Below, one piece after another: positions 51,900 to 64,000 of a stretch of 64,000 bases of DNA. A program made the translations under genes and the position numbers. Positions within the stretch are counted from its first letter, which is position 1. Each line of letters starts with the position of its first letter. A model generated the notes under the pieces. It worked only from the letters and a program-made list of their open reading frames with translations, did not search any database and was not told the origin of the DNA. Source of the DNA: Octopus sinensis (Eukaryota); the NCBI RefSeq assembly GCF_006345805.1, contig NC_042997.1:78864001-78928000 (forward strand). The letters run 5' to 3'.

Positions 51900-52595
51900 T
51901 TTCAGCTTCGCCTCGTATTGCATATTATTTCTCCATACAGGGTTTTTTTTTCAATGGCGGCCCATTTTCGCGGGGTTCCACTGTTCCCTTCCCTTCTCTC
52001 TCTCCCTCTCTCACGTTGTCTGCCATTCCCCCCTTCCATTGCTAAGAGCATTTTTAAGCCAGCCCATCAGTTCAACCTTCGCATATTCCCGGTGCACCCG
52101 CCCTTGCCCACCCCCACCACCAATACCGGATATCTCTATATTTTTGCTCCATCTATACCGGATGTCGCTTCTCCCACCACCATTATAGGTGTCTACTCTT
52201 CGAACCCCCCTCTTCAATACGCTATTTCACCATGCATTACCCCTCTCTTGATATCCTACGTTCTACTTGCCTAGAACCTGTCATCATTTCTCTGAACCAC
52301 CCCTCCCCACTGGTCCTCCCCTATATATTTCTGCCCCCCTCCCACATAAAAAAAAAAAAAGCACCATCCGAACGTGGCCGATACCAGACCCCTCTGGCAC
52401 CTGTGCAGGTGGCACGTAAAAAACACCCACTACACTCGCGGAGTGGTTGGCGTTAGGAAGGGCATCCAGCTGTAGAAACAATGCCAGACTAGACTGGAGC
52501 CTGGGGCAGTCCCTAGCTCCCCAGACCCCGGTCGAAACTGTCCAACCCGTGCTAGCGCGGAAAACGGACGTTAAACGATGATGATGATGATGATA
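51830..52595 (+). mobile_element. Short internally deleted RTE derivative (5' UTR fused to 3' tail, no ORF)
   Basis: 51830-52340 is homologous to the RTE 5' UTRs (ATACCGGATATCTCTAT, ATATCCTACGTT, CCTGTCATC, CTCCCCTATA); 52350-52595 is the RTE 3' tail with (GAT)n; (TA)n on both sides. Confidence 0.8.
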
Positions 52596-52664
52596 CATAT
52601 ATATATACATATATATATATATTACATAATATAATATATATATATTATATATATATATATGTAT

Positions 52665-52695
<31 letters not shown>

Positions 52696-52935
52696 ATGTA
52701 TATACATACATAATATATTATATATATGTATATACATACATATATATATATACATATATATATATTATGTATATACATACATATAATATATACATATATA
52801 TATATATATGTATATACATACATATATATTATACATATATATATATATATGTATATACATACATATATATATACATATATATATATATATGTATATACAT
52901 ACATATATATAATATATATATATATATGTATATAC

Positions 52936-52966
<31 letters not shown>

Positions 52967-53093
52967 CATACATATATATATATATAATATATATATATAT
53001 ATTTTTAATCCAAAAGGGAAACAAAAAAACAACAACAACAGGAACAATTACAGTATTATTATTAATAGGCGCTCAGGAGATGGAAGCAGGGAG

Positions 53094-53128
53094 GTATGAC
53101 GTTTCGAGCGGAGCTCTTCGTCGGAAAC
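53094..53128 (-). ncRNA. Minimal hammerhead motif, U4C variant
   Basis: GTTT-CCGACGA-A-GAGC(TCC)GCTC-GAAA-CG-TC-ATAC on -; palindrome ACGT; GUC triplet ending at 53098. Confidence 0.65.
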
Positions 53129-53299
53129 ATAAAGAAGGAAGAGAGAGGAAAGAAAGATCCCAGAGCGGGCAACAGGGAAAGAGAAAAAAAAGACGACTGG
53201 TGTTTACGAGTTGCACATGGTGAAAGGCGGATGTTGACGATAACAAGAGCAAAGTGGGTTTTAAAGGCAAAAGAGTGGAGACAAGGTTGGTAACCCAAC

Positions 53300-56060
53300 A
53301 GATGTGTGTGTATGTGTGAGAGTGTGTGCATGTGCGTGTGTGTATGTTGTGTGTGAGGCGAGATGAAAAAACAAAAAAATATGTGTGTGTTAGTGTGTGC
53401 GTGTGTGTAGGCGTGTGAGGTAGGGCGAGACTAATGGTCAGCTAGCAGACGAGGTCAGTAGTAAGAAAAAGAAGGAAGGAGGAAGGGAGGTCAGTAGTAA
53501 GAAAAAGAAGGAAGGAGGAAGGGAGGGAGGGGAAGGGGTGGGGGCGTATGTGGGTGGGGCGTATGTATCGTGCCAGCGTGTGTTGAGTAGTAGTGTGTGG
53601 TGTGTCCAGTGTCGTGTGGTGGTATTAATGGCGAGTAGATTGAATGTGTGTAAGAGTGATGTATATATATAGGCAAGGTGTTATATGTGTGCGCGGTGTG
53701 TGTAACGAAAAAAGGGGGGGGGGGGTTTAAGGAAAAAGGACTCCAGCTGAGGGGAAGATGGAAGAGTGGTACCGCGAGAGACAGGCGTGGGAAAACCCAA
53801 CGACACGCGACGGTCCCAGAAAGGGCGGGAGGTCTCGTCAGGTCCAAGGGCAAGGTGTATGCGGCGCATATGCAGCGCGAGCCGGCGCAAGTGCGTATGT
53901 GCGCGTGCCTGCGAGTATGCGCGTAAGTATGTATGTGTGTGGATGTGTGAGTGTGTCTGTGTGTATGTCTGGGTGGCAGTGTGTCCGATGAATGTATGTG
54001 AGTATGTGTGTATGTATGTGTGTGCATAGATGTATGTCCGTGTGTGTGTGTGTATGTGTGTGAGTGTGTTGTATGTACGTGTGGGTTGTGGGAAGTGTGT
54101 GTATGTGCATGTGTGTGCGCGTACATACAGGTGTGTGAGTGAGTGTGTGGTGTGTGTATGTATGTGTGAGTGTGTATGTATGTGTGTGTCGGATGCATGT
54201 ATGTGTATGGGTGTATGTATGCGTGTGTGTATGTATGTATGTGTACGTGCGTGTGGTGTGGTATGCGTGTAGGTGTGCGCGTGTGCATGCATGTGCGTAT
54301 GTGTGTGTGTGTGTGCATGTGTGGGTATATATGTATGTGCGTATGTGTGTGTATGTGCGTACATGTGTGTGTGTGTGTATGCATGTGTGTGTAGTAGGTG
54401 TGTAGGCGTGTGTGTATAGGTGTATGGTATGTAAGTATGTGTGGGTGTGTCCGTGTAGTGGTGTATATGTATGTGTGTGTATGTAGGTGTGTGGGCGTGT
54501 GTTTATGTGTGTGGGCGTGTGTATATAGGTGTAGTATGTGTGTATGTCTGGGTGGGTGTCCCGTGCATGTTTGTGTGTGTGTGTGTACATGTGATGTGGG
54601 TGTGTGTGTACGTGTGTAATGTATGTGTGTATGCGTGCGTGTGTGTGTATGTAGGTGCGTGTGTATGTGTGTGGGAGTGTAGGTGTGTCGCAGTGTCGTG
54701 CGTGTGTGTGTTATGTTGGTGTGTGCGTATGTGAGTGTGAGTGTATGGGTTGTTTGTCATGCATGTGTGTGCGCATGCAGGTGAGTGTGTGTGTAAGTAT
54801 GTGTGTGTGTATGTTTGTGTGAGTGTGTAAGTGTGTATGTCTTTGTGTATGTATGTGCGTATAGGAGTATGTGGGTATGTGTGTATGTATGTATATGGTG
54901 TGTATGTGTGGTGTGTGTGTGCATGTGTATAAGTATATGTGTGTGTGCGTAGTGTGTGTATATGTGTATGTGTGTGTGTTTATGTATGTGTGTATGTATG
55001 TGTGTAGGCGTTTGTGTGTGATGTATGTATGTATGGGTGTGTGTCCGTGTGTGTTTGTGTGTGTGTGTAGGTAGATGTGGTGTCTGAGTGAGGGTATGGT
55101 GGTAGGTGTGTGTGTGTATGAATGTAGTGTGTGTGTATACAAGTGTAATGTATGTATGTAGGTGTGTGTGTGGTGTGTTATGTTTACGTGTGCGTGTGTA
55201 TGTGTGTGTGTATGCGTGTGAGTGTGAGTGTATGGGTGTATGTCTGTGTGTGTGTATGTCTGAAGTAGGTATGTATGTGTATGTATGTATGTATGTGTGT
55301 GTGTGTGTGCAGGTATGTGTGGTATGTGTGTGTGTGTGTAGTGTTGCGTGTATGTATGTGGGTAGGGATGCATGCGAGTGTGTGGGTATGTATGCATACA
55401 TACGTAAGCGCACATCCGAAGCAAGCCCCACGCACAAAGCGCGCTCACGCACCACAACGCACAAGCGTACAACGCAAGCCCAAGGGGCCGACCAAGCCCC
55501 AGCGCGCGCCAAGGCGCCGCGAGCGCAAAGGCCCTCGAACGCCCGCTACGCAGGAACCGAGGATCCATCAGCCAAAAACCGGAAAGCAGAAAAGAGGGGG
55601 GCTGCCTGGATGCAAAAAGGTGTATGTGTGTGTGCATTCAGTGTAAGGGTGGGCATGTATGTATGTATGTGCCTACATGTATGTTTGCATGTGTGTGTGT
55701 GAAGTATGTACGTGCGGTGGTGTGTGTGTGAGTTGTGTGTGTATGTATGTGCGTATGTATGTGTGTGTGTATTGTGTATGTATGTCTGTGGTCGTGTGTG
55801 TGTGTGTGTGTAAGTATGTATGTGTGTGCGTATGTATGTATGTGTGTGTGTATGTGCATGTTGGTTTGTATGTTAGTGTGTGCTAGTAATGTCTGTAAGT
55901 GTGTGTGATTAAACGTGTGAATGTATGTACGTAAATGGGTCTGCGTATGTGTGTGTGTGAACAGGCGAGGTGGGGAGGTAGGTGGTTGGGTGTGTGTGGG
56001 AGGTAGGTGGGTGGGTGTGTGCGTGTGGGAGGCAGGTGGGTGTGTGTGTGTGTGGGTGGT
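53300..56060. repeat. Irregular (GT)n/(GTAT)n low-complexity block with two GC-rich inserts
   Basis: Directly visible; inserts at about 53750-53900 and 55410-55620; 38-bp tandem duplication at about 53451-53525. Confidence 0.9.
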
Positions 56061-56129
56061 GTGCCAAAAAAAAAAAAAAAAAAAAAACAGATCTCAGAGG
56101 AGGGGGCTGTGTTAAGTCCGTGTGGGGTG

Positions 56130-56460
56130 GTAGTGGTAGTTTGTAGGGTTGAAGATGTAGCGTTGCTCCAAGTGGAGCCTGGAAAGGGGCGACCTTGGGG
56201 GGGGCGAGACAAACACTGAGATGTCATCTAGGGAATGGCGGCCGAGAGGAAGTGGCGTGCGACGGGAGAAAGAGAGTGTAAGGCGAACGTCCCTTAAGTG
56301 CTCAGTGAAACGGTCGGACAACCGGCGTCCCGTCTGTCCTACATACAGCATCCCGCATAGGTTGCATTTAATGCAGTAAATAAGGCCAGACGAGGTGCAC
56401 GTAAAAGAGTGCCTAATGCGTACAGTGTGCAGGTTGGAGCCGTGACAGCGGTGGGTTGGT
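56130..56460 (-). mobile_element. Penelope-like GIY-YIG endonuclease fragment
   Basis: SFTCTSSGLIYCIKCNLCGMLYVGQTGRRLSDRFTEHLRDV...RLHLEQRYIF. Confidence 0.88.
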
Positions 56461-56479
56461 GATATATGTATATACATAC

Positions 56480-56511
<32 letters not shown>

Positions 56512-56577
56512 TGTATATAATATTATATATATATAATATATATATACATATATATATATATATACATATTATATATC

Positions 56578-56611
<34 letters not shown>

Positions 56612-56862
56612 GTATATATATACATATATATATACATATATATATATAATATATATATTATATATATAATATATATAATATATAATATATATATATATAT
56701 AATATATATATATATTATATATATATATATATATAGTAGAGTGTAGAAATTCGGGGTGAGTACTTGATAATTATAAGCACCTGTGTATACCATTTGGTGG
56801 TGTAGGTGGTGGAGTAAATTGATCAAAATAAAAATAAAAATAAAACATGAGGCGAAGGATCA

Positions 56863-56939
56863 GCGGTACATATGTTTCGGCCTTTATTAGACAGATTCAT
56901 AACAAATCATAATGTATGTCTGTGGCCTTCTTCAGCCGC
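56863..56939 (-). ncRNA. Type I hammerhead ribozyme motif with extended stem II, within a pLTR-like segment (about 56740-57075)
   Basis: GCGG-CTGAAGA-A-GGCC[ACAGA-CATA...TATG-AA-TCTGT...]GGCC-GAAA-CATATG-TA-CCGC on -; canonical core, perfect 4-bp stems I and II, palindrome ACATATGT, GUA triplet ending at 56867. Confidence 0.85.
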
Positions 56940-57074
56940 GCACAACAGCTTCCACAAGGACATGTGTTACTTCCGAAATTCTGGTTGGGGATGCAAATCT
57001 TCTCGTTCCCGTACGACATAATGCGGCAGCAGCATCGAATTGAATCGTCCATCCCTTTCTTCTATCCCTTTTTA

Positions 57075-60001
<2,927 letters not shown>

Positions 60002-60002
<1 letters not shown>

Positions 60003-63000
60003 CATCATCACATCATCATCATCATCGTTTAACGTCCGCTTTCCGCGCTATCACGGGTGGACGGTTCGACCGGGTCTGGGAAGCCAGGGGCCGCTCCAGG
60101 CTCCAGTCTGAATCTGGCAGAGTTTCTACGGCTGGATGCCCTTCCTAACGCCAACCACTCCGTGAGTGGATTGGGTGCTTTTTTACGTGCCACCTGCACA
60201 GAGGCCGGAGGGTCCGGCATCGTCACGATCGGTTCGAGCATTTAACGTGTCAGCGGCACGGGGGCAACGAGTAGGTGGGGTACTTTGGGGATCGGGGTAC
60301 TTTGGGGATCCAGGGTACTTTGGGGATCCGGGGTACTTAGAATGGGTAGGGGGTATGTGGAATTGCTGCAGAAAGCAGTCCGGGTCTTTGTAGTCACAGC
60401 ATATCTCCAGAGATCTCGGTCCTTCGCCATTGCCTCAGTGAGGCCCAATGTCTGAGGTCATGCTTGACCACTTCATCCCATGTCTTCCTGGGTCTACCTC
60501 TCCCCCTGATACCTTCAACTGTTTGGGAGTGGCACTTCTTCACACATCTCTCTTCATCCATCCGCAGCACATGACCATACCATCGCAAGCGTCGCTCTTG
60601 CACACCACATCTGATGCTTCTTATATCCAGCATTTCTCTCAGGATACTTACACTCTGTTTTGCGTGCACACTGACACTACACATCCAGCGGATCATGCTA
60701 GCTTCATTTCTTTCAAGTCTACGCATGTCTTCTGCAGTCACAGCCCATGTTTCATTACCATGAAGCATGGCAGTTCGCACACATGCATCATACAATCTAC
60801 CTTTTGCTCTGAGGGAGAGACCTTTTGTTGCCAGTAGGGGTAGGAGCTTTCTGAACTTTGCCCAGGCTATTCGTATCTAGTGGTGATACTCTCTGTGCAT
60901 CCACCTCCGCTACTAATTGGTCACCCAGGTAGCGGAAACTATCAACTACTTCTAGTTTCTCTCCCTGGAGGTGATGGAATCTGTTTTCTGAGTGTCTGTT
61001 GTGTCTATTGTCCCTGTGCATCTGCCGCACATGAAAGCTATCTTATCTGTTAATTTCCCTTTAATGTTGCTGCACCTCTTATGTGTCCATAACTTACATT
61101 GGGTGCATCTTATGGAGTTTCTACCTGTACCTTTCCTACAGGTTGAGCAGGCCACCTACCCGGGGATGTGTGCTGAGTACCTCTTGTTGCTTACTAATAC
61201 TTTGGTCTTTGCTACATTTATTCTAAGGCCCTTTGATTCCAACCCTTGCTTCCCACACGAAATTTTCTCTTCTAGTTCCGGTAGTGATTCTGCTATGAGA
61301 GCTAGGTCATCGGCATCATAGAGGAGCTCCAGGGGCATCCCGTTTTGAATTCCTCTGTTATTGCTTGAAGGACTATGATGAATAAAAGGGGACTGAGGGC
61401 TGAGCCCTGGTGCACACCTACTTCTACCCGGAATTCTTCACTATATTCGTTGCCAATCCTAACCTTGCTGACAGCCTCTCTGTATAGAGCCTGTACAGCC
61501 CTTATTAGCCATTCTTCAATCTCCAGTTTCCGCATCGACCACCAGATAAGGGAACGGGGAACCCTGTCAAAGGCTTTCTCCAAGTCTACAAAAGCTATGT
61601 AGAGGGGTTTATCTTTAGCTAGGTACTTCTCCTGCAGTTGTCGGACAGGAATATAGCATCAGTGGTGCTTCTACCTGGTACAAAACCAAACTGCATTTCA
61701 TCTAAACAAATTCTCTCCCTAATGAGATTGGTTATGACCTTCTCTGAGACCTTCATCACCTGGTCCAACAGTTTGATGCCTCTGTAGTTATTTCTATCTA
61801 GAGCATCACCCTTACCCTTGTAGCAGTTGACTATGGTGCTGCTGCACCAGTCATTGGGTATGACTCCATTGTGAACTACCTGGTTTACAATGCGGGGACT
61901 ATGGCATAGCCCACATAGCCAGCTGTTTTAAGCATCTCAGCAGTGATTCCTGATAGGCCAGGGGCTTTGCCTGGTTTCATATCCTTAATTGCCTTATCTA
62001 CAAGGGAGCTGTCTATTCGGGAAGCTGGTCCCTCTACTGGGTCAACATTTGGCAGGCTCTCCTCCTCCCATTCATTCTCCTCATTCAGCAGTCTTTCATA
62101 ATGGCTTCTCCAAGCCTCTTTCTTTTCACTAGTAGTAAAAGCAAGTGCCCCCATCATCCATGCGGACACATTTCTCTCCTATAACATCGCTATTTTCTCT
62201 GACACACTGTCTGGCAATCCGAAATACTTCGGCTCTTTGATCCTCGCGACGCTGGACATTGGCAAACTTCTTCTTTTCTGCTGCATCTTTGGCAATGTAG
62301 ACCTGCCGCCCAGCCTCCCTTTTGGCTATCTGGTACAGTTCCCTGCTGCCCCCATCCTTCCAGGCTTTCCAGGCCCGTCTCTTTTCACAGATGGCTTTAT
62401 CTACTGCACTATTCCACCACCACGTAATTCTAGGTCTGGAAGGGACTTTGCACCATCCACAGACTTGGTCTGTGGCACTCAACAAGCTGTCCCGTAGGAA
62501 TTCCTAGCTACCTTCTATGTCTGACGTCTGAAGCTCCTCCTCCCTCTCATCAAATTTCTTGATGAGTATGTCCCTAAATTTCTGACCATGCGAAGGGTTC
62601 TTTAGCCTCCAATCCTTCTTTTCTGGATTGGTTTGTTTCTTGGAGTCCTTCTGGCCTCAAGCTTAAGTCACTGATGATTAGTCTATGCTGAGGGATACAT
62701 TCTTCACCCGGGAGGGTCTTTGTATTCAAGAGCAACCCTGCATCCCGTTGTCTGGTGAGGATGAAGTCTATTTGGCTAGCGGAGTCTCCTGACTGATAAG
62801 TTATAAGGTGGCAGACTGGCTTCTTGAAGTTAGTGTTGCAGATTGAAAGGTTACATGCATCACGAATTCCAGCAGTCTAGTTCCCTCATCATTTCTGGTG
62901 CCAATACCATAGCCACCATGTACCCCAGTGAAGATACCCGATTCCCGCCCAACATGCCCATTAAAATCTCCACCTACAAAGATGAGGTCCTATTACTAGT

Positions 63001-64000
63001 CTTTGAAGTAGCCTGCAGAAGGGTATCATAAAAGTTGTCCTTCTGATCATTTGGTAGTCCCGCTTGTGGGGCATAGGCTGAGATAATCATAGCTGTGCCA
63101 CCCTGTAGGACCAACCTGAGCTTAAGCACTCTATCACAAACCCTGACAACCTCTATGACCTTATCCACCCATTCCTCCGCAAGGAGAATGCCTACACCCT
63201 ACACCTTCCGCGTTACCTTGCCAGTTAGAGTTTGTTCCTAAGTGCCTTGGCCGTGAGGACCCTAGCCGAAGCATCTCTCCATCTTACCTCTGTATGCAGA
63301 TACATCAACCTGTCTTCTCTCTAGCATCTCTACAATCTCACTAGACTTGCTGTCAATGTACCAACATTGATAGTGCCAACTCTGAAAACTGGGAAGGAGA
63401 TGTGGGGGGGACGGGGCGGATTCGGCGCCTGAGAAGAGGAGGGTTGTTGTGGTGGTGATAATTTTCGTGGTATTTTTCTTTTGATCTCTCTTCCAACCTG
63501 AACGCGTGGGCAGAGCTGGTGTTAGCAGTGGACATTCGTTATCGTCACTGAGTAACGTAATTAGGTAGAGGAAAGAAATACAGATATTCTAGAGTTGAGT
63601 TGGGGAGGGGGTCCAGTTGAGGCGGGTAGTATAGGGGAGCAACCCAGGGGAGGTTGGGTAAGGAGGAACGATGACAGGAAGGATTGGTGTGGGTTCGTAA
63701 GAAATAAAAACGTAGGATATTACGAGACGGGAGGGTACTAAAAGGGGATGGTCGGATTGAGGCAGTGTCAGGAGGGAGCAAAGATCGGTGGGCAGTTGAT
63801 GAGCTATGTCGCTAGCAGCTTGTCTTTTCACAGTGAAGGGGGGAGGAGGAGGGAGTAGGGCGTATCCGGTGTAGATGGTGAGAACAGGGTATACTGGTAT
63901 TGGTGGTGGGGGTGAGAACAGTGTTCACCGGTATTGGTGGTGGGGGTGAGAACAGTGTTCACCGGTATTGGTGGTGGCGGAGAGAACAGTGTTCACCGGT
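60002..64000 (-). mobile_element. Near full-length RTE LINE (5' UTR, APE, RT, PHD-like finger, C-terminus, (TGA)n tail); 5' end runs off the window
   Basis: Successive ORF pieces 60242-63535 reconstitute APE (RLVLQGGTAMIISAYAPQ), RT (EKAFDRVPR, YDADDL) and the C-terminus; closely similar to 19040-21184; 34-bp tandem units at 63896-63997. Confidence 0.95.

Noticed and set aside
53780-53860. CTGACGA-GAC...GTC hammerhead-like start on the minus strand
   Set aside because: No GAAA and only a weak stem I, in a region of doubtful sequence quality.

Overview
AT-rich, repeat-dense metazoan genomic DNA. The SINE/LINE repertoire and the very long (TA)n/(GT)n arrays suggest an Octopus-like cephalopod, which is an inference from repeat style and was not tested. 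Two host genes lie on the + strand. SNRPF/SmF has three coding exons at 4835-7853 and a GC-AG intron. An Ajuba/LIMD1/WTIP-family LIM gene has a 1.9 kb first coding exon at 29198-31103; its LIM exons were not found in the window. The rest is mobile DNA: five long RTE-clade LINE copies (all on -), an internally deleted RTE derivative, CR1-like LINE fragments, three Penelope-like (GIY-YIG) fragments, several tRNA-headed SINE families, pogo/mariner/DD37D remnants, piggyBac-like and pogo-like MITEs and a non-autonomous Helitron, many of them inserted into (TA)n arrays. The most striking pattern not shown by the ORF track is a set of six sequence-distinct minimal type I hammerhead ribozyme motifs. 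One has the C3-G8 core pair swapped to G3-C8, one sits inside a tRNA-headed SINE on the sense strand of an SNRPF intron, and others carry U4C, GUAA or long-stem-II variants. All folds and alignments were done by eye; no activity or database match has been verified.
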